Assembly (NCBI GenBank): GCA_963728205.1
Contig: CAVSIV010000001.1
Coordinates: 864,001-928,000, forward strand
Reading direction: 5' to 3'
Source: an uncultured Chloroflexia bacterium
GTDB lineage: Bacteria; Chloroflexota; Dehalococcoidia; UBA2979
Length of the DNA: 64,000 bases
The notes under the pieces are model-generated. The model did no database searches, had not been told where the DNA came from, and was given only the letters and a program-made list of their open reading frames with translations. Every line of letters starts with the position of its first letter. Position 1 is the first letter of the stretch. This document shows positions 1 to 8,954 of the stretch, one piece after another. The translations under genes and the position numbers were made by a program.

Positions 1-453
1 GCGCGGCCGGAGTGGGAGCACTGGCAGCGCGAGGCGGAGCGCGCCGAGGGCAGCACGCGTCAGCTGGTGGAGGACAGCCTGCAGCCGGTCTTCGACGCCG
101 GCCGCGTTGACCTGGTGCCGACGGACCACCGCCTGGCGGACGGCCTGTGGTTCGAGCCGAGTCCCGGGCACACGCCGGGGCACGTCAACGTGCGGCTGTC
201 GTCGCGCGGCGCGGACGCGGTGTTCGTGGGAGACGCCTTCCACAGCCCGATCCAGTGCGCGGCGCCGGGCGAGCGGCCCGCGCTCGACCGGCCGGAGGCG
301 GCTGGGGCTGCGGCGGCGACGCGTCGGGCGATCCTCGCGCGATACGCCGGCACGGACGTGCTGATGCTGGGCGCGCACTTCGCGCCGCCGTCGGCGGGGC
401 GCGTGCGCGTCGCGGGCGACGCCTACCGCTTCGACGCGGTTACGAGCGGCTGA
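1..453 (+). CDS. MBL-fold metallo-hydrolase, C-terminal part (5' truncated by window edge)
   Basis: Frame is open from base 1. Motifs PGHTPGH, VGDAFH and LGAHF are typical of the metallo-beta-lactamase fold (AiiA-like). Confidence 0.8.
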   Translation, partial: ARPEWEHWQREAERAEGSTRQLVEDSLQPVFDAGRVDLVPTDHRLADGLWFEPSPGHTPGHVNVRLSSRGADAVFVGDAFHSPIQCAAPGERPALDRPEAAGAAAATRRAILARYAGTDVLMLGAHFAPPSAGRVRVAGDAYRFDAVTSG

Positions 454-814
454 CCTCCGCGGCGCGTGCCTGGAGGCGGTCGCCGTCGTCCAGCAGCCCG
501 ACGAGCAGGTGCGCGACCTTGCGGTTGCGCGTCGCGGAGTGGCGCATTGGCTTCGTGGGATTGATCTCGTAGGAGTTTCGCCGGCCGATGCGCGTCGTCT
601 CCAGGTAGCCGGCCACGCGCAGGTCGCGCAGGATGCGCGCCGCGGCGCGCTCGGTGATGCCGACGCCGTCGCCGACCTGGCGGACGGTGGCGTTCGGATG
701 CTCGGCAACGTAGAGCAGGGCAGCGCCGTGGTTGGTGAGGAGCGCCCAGCGCGACGCGCCATCGCTCTCGCCGAACGCCGCCCGGGTCGAGTCGCGCCCG
801 GTTTCCGTCGTCAT
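440..814 (-). CDS. Winged helix-turn-helix transcriptional regulator (MarR/ArsR-like)
   Basis: WALLTNHG...PNATVRQVGDGVGITERAAARILRDL...GYL...RIGRRNSY is a typical small wHTH pattern. ATG at 814. Confidence 0.8.
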   Translation of the reverse strand: MTTETGRDSTRAAFGESDGASRWALLTNHGAALLYVAEHPNATVRQVGDGVGITERAAARILRDLRVAGYLETTRIGRRNSYEINPTKPMRHSATRNRKVAHLLVGLLDDGDRLQARAAEVSRS

Positions 815-850
815 GGGCCGGCCCCCTCGGATCCGTGCAAACCTCGCGCC

Positions 851-864
851 TGCTCTATATAGCA
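851..864 (-). promoter_or_regulatory. Candidate -10 element within a TGCT-N6-AGCA inverted repeat, upstream of the wHTH gene
   Basis: AT-rich TGCTCTATATAGCA about 37 bp upstream of ATG 814. Minus strand reads TGcTATATA. Confidence 0.35.
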
Positions 865-1024
865 TGACCCGGCGCGGCCGGCCGCATCACGTCACCGAGC
901 GAGGCGACCGGCAGGCGTCATCCCGTCCTGCGTCGTACCGACCGGTCCGAGCTCGCGTGGGAGTCGCCGCTTCAGCCTGTCCACCGCATGGGGCGCGCCT
1001 GACGGTCGCACGGTACCGCCGTCG

Positions 1025-3269
1025 CTAGCCGCACTTCGTATAGCCGCAGGCGCGGCAGGTGAGGCACTGCTCGAGGAACTGCAGCTGCTGGCCGCAGTCC
1101 GGGCACGTCAGCCCGGAGTCGACCGGCTCGCCGGCCGGGTTCGGCACCCCGGCGTCGCCGAAGTGCAGCCGCAGCCAGCGGAAGACGTAGTCGAGGATGC
1201 TCGTCGCGAACGGGATCTGCGGGTTCGCCGTCACGCCGTACGGCTCGAAGCGGGTCTGCTCGAGCTTCGCCGCGAGCTTTTCGAGGCCGACGCCGTACTG
1301 CAGCGCGATCGAGGTGAGCAGGGCGACGGCGTCGGTCAGGCCGGACACCGTCGATCCTTCCTTGGCGATCTTGATGAAGACCTCGCCGACCGTGCCGTCT
1401 TCGAACAGGCCGGCCGTGATGTAGCCCTCCTGCTCGCCGACGCGGAACTTGTGGGTGATCGAGCGTCGCTCGTCGGGCAGGTGGCGGCGGTACGGCTCGG
1501 TCCGCCGGCCGGCTGCGGCGGCCTCCTGCGTGACCGCGTGCGCCAGCACCTGGACGGCGCGCGAGCCGTCGCGGTAGACGGTGACGCCCTTGCAGCCGAG
1601 CCGGTGCGCGAGCGTGTAGACGTGGTGCACGTCCTCGACGCTCGCCTCGCGGGCGAGGTTCACGGTCTTCGAGACGGCGAGGTCGGTGTGGGCCTGGAAT
1701 GCGGCCTGCATGCGGACGTGCCACTCGGGCGCGATCTCGTGCGCGGTGGCGAACCGCTCGCGCAGCGCGTCCGGCACGTCGGCGCGCGCCTGGAGCGGCG
1801 CGCCCTCCGCCAGGTCCTCGAACAGCGCGTCGAGCTCCGGCTCCGGGGCGAAGCCCGCCGCGCGGGCGGCCGCGCGGAACGCCTCGCTCACCTCGGGCAG
1901 CAGCGTGCCGTCGCCCATGCGCCGGTAGTGCGCGAGCGAGAACAGCGGCTCGATGCCCGACGAGGCGCCGGCGATGATCGCGATCGTGCCGGTGGGGGCG
2001 ATGCAGGTGCGCGTCGCGTTGCGGTAGCGGGGCCCGCCCGGCGCGTACATCGAACGCTCCCAGTTCGGGAACACGTCCTTCTCCGCGCCCAGCGCGGCCG
2101 ACGTCGCGTCGGCCGCCGCGCTCAGCTCCGACGCCAGGCGCGTTGCGAGCGCCAGCGCGGCGTCGCTCTCGTAGGGGATGCCGGCCGCGATCAGCAGGTC
2201 GGCGAAGCCCATGAGGCCGAGGCCGATCTTGCGGTTGCCGCGCACCGCATCTCCGATCTCCGGGACCGGGAAGACGTTGACCTCGACGACGTCGTCGAGA
2301 AAGCGCGTGCCGACGCGGACGGTCTCGCGCAGCGCCGGCCAGTCGACGTCGCCGGCGGCGGCGTCCCAGAACCGCGACACGTTGACCGAGCCGAGCGTGC
2401 ACGCCTCCCACGGCAGCAGCGGGACCTCGCCGCACGGGTTGGTGGCCTCGATCGCGCCGAGCGCCGGCGTGGGGTTGCTGCGGTTGATGGTGTCGAGGAA
2501 GACGAGCCCGGGGTCGCCGGTTTGCCACGCGGAGCGCGCGAATCTCGCCGAGCAGCGCGCGCGCGTTCACGCTCCCGCGCGGCGTCCCGTCGCGCGGGTC
2601 GCGCAGCGTGAACTCCTCGCCGCGCTCGGCGGCGGCCATGAACGCGTCCGTGACGCCAATCGAGAGGTTGAAGCGCTGGGCGCTGACGCCGTCGTCCTTG
2701 GCGTGGACGAACTCGACGATGTCCGGGTGGTCGACGCGGAGGATGCCCATGTTGGCGCCCTCGCGCTTGCCGCCCTGCGTGACGAGGCGCGAGACGTCGT
2801 CGTAGTGCTGCAGCACCGAGATCGGCCCGCAGGCAGAGCCGTGCGTGGAGGCGATGGGTTCGCCGCGGCCGCGCAGGCGCGAGAACGCGAAGCCCGTTCC
2901 GCCGCCGTACTTCTGCACCATCGCGGTCGCCGATGCCGTGGCCATGATCGATTCGAGCGTGTCGTCGACCGGGAGCACGAAGCACGCCGCCAGCGTGCCG
3001 CGGCCGGTGCCGGCGTTCATCAGGGTGGGGGAGTTCGGCAGGAAGCGGAGTGCGGCCATCTCGTCGTAGAAGCGCTGCGCCCACGCCCGTCGCGCCTCGT
3101 CCGTCCGCTCGGCGTCGGCGACCGCGCGCGCGACGCGCGATAGCAACTCCTCCGGCGTCTCGGCGATCGCCCCGGCGTCGTCCTTCAGCAGGTAGCGGCG
3201 CTCGAGCACGGTCCGTGCGTTCGCCGTGAGCGCGACGGGCGTCGCGCGGATCTCGTCGGTGGCGACCAT
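1025..3269 (-). CDS. nrdJ: Adenosylcobalamin-dependent class II ribonucleotide reductase, with C-terminal TSCPD-like domain and Zn ribbon; one +1 frameshift at ~2541
   Basis: FLPNSPTLMNAG, AACFV, GGGTG, GKREGANM, then in the next frame GDPGLVFLD, TNPCGEVPL, IAPTGTI, VSKTVN, GCKGVTVYRDGSR, ending CPDC..CRACGYTKCG. Removing one base at 2541-2542 joins the frames. Confidence 0.93.
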
Positions 3270-3304
3270 GGCGTTTCCCCCCGCCGCGGCCCGGCAGTCG
3301 GACG

Positions 3305-3334
3305 ATCCTAGCAGAACATGTGTTCCGATGTCGA
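3305..3334 (-). promoter_or_regulatory. Sigma70-type promoter of nrdJ with a LexA (SOS) box in the spacer
   Basis: Minus strand TCGACA-18 nt-TAGGAT with extended TGn. GAAC-ATGT-GTTC at 3314-3325 lies between -35 and -10. Confidence 0.75.
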
Positions 3335-3461
3335 CCCCGGACGCGCCCACGGCGACGTGCTCGCGCTTCGATCGTAGTGCATCGAACGCAGTCGGGAGCG
3401 CATGCCGCAATGCGAATGTGATGCGTGCGGCGGACGCGTATGCGGCTTCGTTGCCGCGTTC

Positions 3462-3582
3462 ATCCACGCTGGTGACGGTCGGTGGAAAAGTGCGGCGGGC
3501 ACGTGATGGCGTTGCGATGCCGGTGCGGGCGACCGATGCGGAGATGTCACGCAGGCTATCCACGCTGGGGACGGGCGGTGGA
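3462..3582. repeat. Two 25-bp direct repeats built from DnaA-box-like 9-mers
   Basis: ATCCACGCTGGTGACGGTCGGTGGA (3462-3486) and ATCCACGCTGGGGACGGGCGGTGGA (3558-3582), 23/25 identical. Confidence 0.7.
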
Positions 3583-3587
3583 CATCA

Positions 3588-3726
3588 CCGGCGAACGGCA
3601 CCCCGTCAGCGGGCTGAGGGGGCCTGTCCGGACCCCGTAATCTCACGAGCGGTGAGCGATCGGCACGGCAGGTGAACCCCGGTCGCGCGGGGCGCTTCAG
3701 CCCGCTGACGCGGTGCCGTTCGCCGG
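3588..3726. repeat. 139-bp element with 32-bp terminal inverted repeats (MITE-like or long hairpin)
   Basis: 3588-3619 matches the reverse complement of 3695-3726 at 30/32 positions. Confidence 0.75.
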
Positions 3727-3756
3727 CCGGCCGGGCCCGCCGCGCGGGCCCGCTCG

Positions 3757-4395
3757 TTAGACCGTGAGCGGACGCGCGGTGCTGATCGAGATCGGGGCGC
3801 GGTTGAGAACGTCGTCGTCCAGGTCGAGGTCGTCGACGCACTCCAGGTCGTCGAGGTCGCCGGGCATCATGCCGGCGGCGAGGTGCCCGGCGAGCATCTC
3901 CGTGAGCTCGTCGGTGAAGAGCGACGCCTGCTCGGGCGGCGCGACGGCGGGGCTGAGCGCGATGCGCTGCAGCTCCTCGAGCATCTGCTCCAACGACACG
4001 AACTGGTGGTAGACCGACGCGAAGCGGATGTACGCGATCGCGTCGAGCGGCTTGAGGCGCGCGATCGCCATCTCCCCGATCACGCGGCTGGGGACCTCGC
4101 TGCGGCCGGAGCCCATGAGGTGCTGCTCGATGTCATCGACGATGGCGTCGACGGCGCCGGTCGGCAGCGGGCGCTTGCGGGCGGCGACGCGCAGCCCGTT
4201 GAGCAGCTTCTCCCGCTGGAACTCCTCGCGGCGCCCGTCCTTCTTCGCCACCATCACGACCGCGCGCTGCACCTGCTCGTAGGTCGTGAAGCGCTCCTCG
4301 CACTGCGTGCACATCCGGCGTCGCCGGATGCCGCCGTCGGTCGCGCGCGAGTCCAGCACCTTGGTCGCCGATCGGCCGCAGAAGGGGCACTTCAT
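3757..4395 (-). CDS. nrdR: Transcriptional repressor NrdR with extended acidic C-terminus
   Basis: MKCPFCG...KVLDSR...IRRRRMCTQCEERFTTYE (Zn ribbon), KKDGRREEF (ATP cone) and AYIRFASVY. 212 aa. Confidence 0.95.
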   Translation of the reverse strand: MKCPFCGRSATKVLDSRATDGGIRRRRMCTQCEERFTTYEQVQRAVVMVAKKDGRREEFQREKLLNGLRVAARKRPLPTGAVDAIVDDIEQHLMGSGRSEVPSRVIGEMAIARLKPLDAIAYIRFASVYHQFVSLEQMLEELQRIALSPAVAPPEQASLFTDELTEMLAGHLAAGMMPGDLDDLECVDDLDLDDDVLNRAPISISTARPLTV

Positions 4396-4589
4396 GAACA
4401 CGACATCCTTGCGTGGGGGAGGGACGGACGGTGGTCTGGCGCAGGGCGGAGTACACCACGGCGGCCCCCCCACGACAACGGAGGCTGTGCACAGGCTTGT
4501 GCCGCAAGTGTCCACGTAAGGTTGCGGGCGTGTGCACGCCCCGGCCCCCGCGAACGTGGTGGCCGCGCGTCGCGCGCCCCCCGCGCCGG

Positions 4590-4692
4590 CGACGAGCGGA
4601 AGGCCTGCGGCCTTCCGACTCAACCCCGCGGGACATGGATCGTCCGGTCACGCGGGATCGAGTCGGAGGGCCGGCAGGCCCTCCGCTCGCCG
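4590..4692. repeat. REPIN-like inverted pair, family A (GAGTCGGAGGGC-loop-GCCCTCCGCTCGCCG)
   Basis: Arms at 4590-4621 and 4660-4692, each with an internal hairpin. Same family at 27060-27185. Confidence 0.75.
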
Positions 4693-4701
4693 GGCGGTGC
4701 C

Positions 4702-6657
4702 TTACCGCGTCGGGAAGGTGCGGCGCAGGAACGTCGGCAGGTCCGCCTCCGTCAGCGCGTCGCTCGTCGGGTCGGCGCGGATCTCGCCGAGCTTGATCGG
4801 CTTCGGCTCGTCGCGCTGGTCGAGCACCTGGCGGATGTTCATGCGCGGCGCGCCGCTGAAGCCCGTCGCGATCACCGTGATGCGCACCTCGTCCGAGAGC
4901 GAGTCGTCCATGCTCGTGCCGAAGATGATCTCCGCCTCCGGGTCGACGACCTCCGCGATCACGCGGGCGGCCTGGTCGAGCTCGCGCAGGCTGAGGTTCT
5001 TCGGCCCCGTCACGTTGAACAGCACGCCCGTCGCGCCTGTGATGTCGACCTCGAGCAGCGGGCTCGCGATCGCCTGGCGCGCGGCCTCGACGGCCCGGTG
5101 CTCGCCGCGGCTCGACCCGATCGCCATCAGCGCCGGGCCGGCGTCCGACATGATCTTGCGCACGTCGGCGAAGTCGAGGTTCACCATGCCGGGCACCGTG
5201 ATCAGCTCGCTGATGCCCTGGATGCCCTGGCGCAGGACGTCGTCGGCGGTCTTGAAGGCCTCCTCGATGGAGATGTCGTCGCTGCTGATCTGCAGCAGGC
5301 GGTCGTTCGGGATCACGATCAGCGTGTCGACCTTGTCCTGCAGATCGCGCACGCCCTCCTCGGCCTGCTGGCGGCGCTTGGCGCCCTCGAAGGTGAACGG
5401 CTTGGTGACGACGCCGATCGTGAGAGCGCCGAGCTCGCGCGCGACCTCGGCGACGATCGGCGCGGCGCCGGTGCCGGTGCCGCCGCCGAGGCAGGCGGTG
5501 ACGAACACCATCTCCGCCCCGGCGAGCGCCTCGCCCAGCGCCTCGCGCGACTCCTCTGCCGCGCGCTGGCCGCGCAGCGGGTCGCTGCCGGCGCCGAGGC
5601 CGCGCGTGAGCCGGTCGCCGATGCGCACCTTCAGCTCCGCGTTGCAGTGCTCGAGCGCCTGCATATCGGTGTTCACCGCGACGTACTGCACGCCCGGCAG
5701 CCGGGCGGCGATCATCCGCTTGACGGCGTTCGAGCCGCCGCCGCCGACGCCCACGACCTTGATCGGGGGCAGGCCATCGAAATCGTGGACCATGCTGGCA
5801 ACCTCTCTCTCGTCGCCGTCCCGCTCGGGCAGCGACGCCTGCTCGTCAGCCGTCGAACGCGCCGCCGCCCGTGCCGGCCGCCCGGCACCGCTCGCCTTCG
5901 TCGTGCTGCGCTCTGCTGGTTCGGCCCCCGCCGTGCGCGCACCCGACCGCGCGCTGGTCTCGTCGACTGTCGTGTCCGCCGGCGCGGGCGTTGCCGCGGC
6001 GGCGCGCTCGTGGCCGTGGTCGCGCGGCGGCGCCGTCCGCAGCGGGGCCGCGCGACCTCCGCGTTCCGCGAGCTCCGCGGCGACCTCCGCCTCCGCGCCG
6101 CCCGCCGCCCGCTCGTGGCGGCGCGGAGGCACGTCGGGCGGCGCCTGCATGTCGTCCTCAATCCGCGCCCGCGCCGCCTCGCGCAGTTCGCGCACGCGGT
6201 CGTGCGTCGTCATCGGCACGTCGAACTCCGACGCGCTCGTCTCGGGCGGCGGCTCCGCCGCGAGGTCGAGCCCCTCGTCCTGCGCGCCGCGCGCCGCGTC
6301 GTCCGCCGCGTCGAGCGCCGAGACGTCGACGAGCCTGTAGGCATCCGCTTCGACCGCGTCGGCCGGGTCGGCGTCGCTCTCCGCGTCGACGCCGTCGTGC
6401 GGCGGCGCGCCGGCGAACGCGTCCGCGCCGGGATCGCCCGCCGTCGCGTCGAAGCCCGCGCGCGGCCCGATCGCGGCGGCCGCCTCGGCCGCGCGCCGCT
6501 CCGCGGCGTCGGCGCGGGCGCGCCGCTCGGCGAGCCGCGCCGACTGCAGGTAGTCGAACAGCGTGCCGGGCCCCATCGGGTCGCGGTGGCCGTCCGGCTC
6601 CGGCCACTCGCCGCCGTCCTCGCGGTGCGGCTCTTGCGGCTGCTGTGGCTGGCTCAT
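4702..6657 (-). CDS. ftsZ: Cell division protein FtsZ, 651 aa with a 288-aa N-terminal extension; alternative start at 5793 gives a 363-aa core
   Basis: [41 protein letters not shown] and C-terminal [16 protein letters not shown] precedes ATG 6657 and GAGAGG precedes ATG 5793. Confidence 0.95.
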   Translation of the reverse strand: MSQPQQPQEPHREDGGEWPEPDGHRDPMGPGTLFDYLQSARLAERRARADAAERRAAEAAAAIGPRAGFDATAGDPGADAFAGAPPHDGVDAESDADPADAVEADAYRLVDVSALDAADDAARGAQDEGLDLAAEPPPETSASEFDVPMTTHDRVRELREAARARIEDDMQAPPDVPPRRHERAAGGAEAEVAAELAERGGRAAPLRTAPPRDHGHERAAAATPAPADTTVDETSARSGARTAGAEPAERSTTKASGAGRPARAAARSTADEQASLPERDGDEREVASMVHDFDGLPPIKVVGVGGGGSNAVKRMIAARLPGVQYVAVNTDMQALEHCNAELKVRIGDRLTRGLGAGSDPLRGQRAAEESREALGEALAGAEMVFVTACLGGGTGTGAAPIVAEVARELGALTIGVVTKPFTFEGAKRRQQAEEGVRDLQDKVDTLIVIPNDRLLQISSDDISIEEAFKTADDVLRQGIQGISELITVPGMVNLDFADVRKIMSDAGPALMAIGSSRGEHRAVEAARQAIASPLLEVDITGATGVLFNVTGPKNLSLRELDQAARVIAEVVDPEAEIIFGTSMDDSLSDEVRITVIATGFSGAPRMNIRQVLDQRDEPKPIKLGEIRADPTSDALTEADLPTFLRRTFPTR

Positions 6658-6686
6658 GTCGTCCTCCCGTCCATGGGGTGGCGCGC

Positions 6687-7926
6687 TCATTGCGGCAGGA
6701 TCACGCGCATCAGGTGCGCGACCCGCTTCAGCATCCCGCCCAGCGGGGCCACCGGCCCCGGCGCGGAACGGAACATGATCGCCTGCTCCTTGAGCGCCCA
6801 GCGGAGCAGGCCGACGGAGGTGGCATAGGCGGGGTCGTGGAGGATGTCCGACAGCCCGGCGAGGTGCCGCGGCCGCCCGATGCGCGCCGGCAGCGAGAGC
6901 ACCTCCTCGGCGAGGAGGTCGATCCCGGGCAGGCCCGCCGCGCCGCCGGTGAGCACGACGCCGGCGGAGAGGGTCTCGGGCTCGGCGCCGCGCCGGATCT
7001 CGGCGAGCGCCATCTCGAGCATCTCCTCGGTGCGCGCCTGCAGCACCTCGGCCATCAGGCGGCGGCTCACCGTCTTGTGGCCGTCCGAGCCGAATGCGTC
7101 GATCTCGACCTCTTCGTTCTCGTCGACCAGCGACGGGATCGCGTGCCCGCGCTCGCGCTTCGCGCGCTCGGCCGCCGGCTGCGGCACGCGCAGCGCGACC
7201 ACGAGGTCGCGCGTCATGTGCAGCCCGCCCACCGGCAGCACCGCGGTGTGCACGACGGCGCCGTTCACGATCACGCAGACGTCGGTCGTGCCGCCGCCGA
7301 TGTCGATCAGCGCCACGCCCTGCTGCTGCTCCTCGAGGTCGACGACCGCCTCCACGGAGGCGAGCGGCTCGAGCACGAGCGACTCGACGCGTACGCCCGC
7401 GCCCTCCACGCACTGCACGAGGTTGTTCATCGCCGACGACGACGACGTGACGACGTGCGTCTCGACGTCGAGTCGCGAGCCGAACATGCCGAGCGGGTCG
7501 ACTCACGTGTTCCTGGCCGTCCACGACGTAGTAGCGCGGGACGACGTGGATCACCTCGCGGTTGTTCGGCACGTTGACGATGCGCGCGCTCTCCAGGGCG
7601 CGGTGGATGTCGCCCTCCGTGATCGGGTTGCGCGGGTCGGCGATGGCGACGATGCCGCGCGAGTTCATCGATGAGACGTGCGGACCGGCGATGCCGACGT
7701 GCGCCGAGAGGATGCGCGTGCCGGACGCGCGCTCGGCGCGCTCGACCGACGAGGCGATCGCCTCGATGGCCGCGTGGACGTTGTCGACCATGCCTTTCGA
7801 CATCCCGGCCGACGGGCCCACTCCGACGCCGAGGATGCGCAGCTCACGCTGAGCGGCCACCTCCGCGACGATCGTGCAGACCTTCGTCGTGCCGACGTCG
7901 ATGGCGGCGATGCTGGGGTTCGCCAT
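6687..7926 (-). CDS. ftsA: Cell division protein FtsA; one +1 frameshift at ~7501
   Basis: [10 protein letters not shown], then [28 protein letters not shown] and a C-terminal amphipathic helix ([13 protein letters not shown]). Confidence 0.93.
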
Positions 7927-8016
7927 TACCTCGCGCCCTTCGGACGGCGGACCGTGGCCCGCGCGTCTGTTAGCTGGTTTTCAATCCCGCGCGCCCGCCC
8001 GGGCGCGGTTGGGTTC

Positions 8017-8098
8017 GTGGTTCGACTGCGCTCACCACGAACGGGTCGACCGAGCGGCTGCCTCACACGACCGTTCGCGGTGAGCGCAGTCGAACCAC
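8017..8098. repeat. REP-like inverted pair, family B (GGTTCGACNGCGCTCACCNCGAACGG)
   Basis: 28-bp arms at 8017-8044 and 8071-8098, 27/28 complementary. Confidence 0.8.
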
Positions 8099-8954
8099 TC
8101 ATCGCATCACCACCCGCTGGCCGAACCGCAGGTCGATCTCGCGCGCCGTGCGCTGGTCCTGGGAGAGCTCCCGGAGCAGCGCGCCCCAGGTCGCGACCTT
8201 GAAGCCGTAGTTGCTGGAGTCGCCGAACACGACGTCGGGGCCGCCGTCGATCAGCACCGTCAGGCCGCGGTCGTGGCGGAACACGAAGCCGGTCGGCTTG
8301 ACGTGCAACCGGTCGAGCGTGCCGTCCGAGAGCAGTTGCGCGACCAGGCGCACCGTGTCCGGGTCGGTGATGTGGCCGTCGGGGAAGTCGGTCGGTCCGC
8401 CGATCTCGATGACCGTCGGCGCGTTCGCCGCCGGCGGTCGAGCCTTCGCGAGGATGAGGCCGGTGTCGTCGATTCTCGAAGCGGCGGCCGCCCGACTGCC
8501 AGAAGCCCCACGCCTGCCGCTCGACGATGTCGATGGCGACCCCGTGCGGCCAGCGGCGCGCGACCGTCGCGCTCTTCACCTCGGGCAGCTGCTCGATGCG
8601 CTGCGCGGCGGCGGCGAGGTTGAGGGTGAGCAGCGAGTCGTGCGACACGGCGGCGGTGCGCGCGACCTCCTGCGGATCGGCGACCTGCGCGCCGTTCACG
8701 GTGATGTCGCGCACGCGCAGGGACTCCCCGAGCAGCAGCCAGGCGATGCCGTAGACGACGCCGCCGGTCAGCGCGACGAGGCCGATCCCGAAGCCGATGC
8801 GCCGCCACGCGATGCGCACCTGCCGCGGCGGGCGGCGGCGCTCGGCCGGGCCGACCGTGAAGCGGCGCGGCGCCGCCTGCGCGCGGACCGGACGCACGCC
8901 GCGCTTCGAGCCGGCGCGCCCGCGGCGCTGGAACGGGTTGGGGAGGCTAGGCAT
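8099..8954 (-). CDS. ftsQ: Cell division protein FtsQ/DivIB; one +1 frameshift at ~8473
   Basis: Basic N-terminus, one TM helix, POTRA-like segment (LPEVKSATVARRWPHGVAIDIVER) and C-terminal EIDLRF. Lies between ddl and ftsA. Confidence 0.88.

Noticed and set aside
1025-3269. Split nrdJ, intein or programmed frameshift
   Set aside because: One extra base explains the break. No slippery heptamer, intein motif or separate SD/start is seen.
4440-4530. NrdR boxes upstream of nrdR or nrdJ
   Set aside because: Best candidates (e.g. CCGCAACCTTACGTGG) match only about half of the 16-bp consensus.
4702-7926. 1074-aa FtsA-FtsZ fusion ORF in the ORF track
   Set aside because: Produced by the +1 frameshift at ~7501. 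The true FtsA C-terminus is in another frame and stops at 6687.
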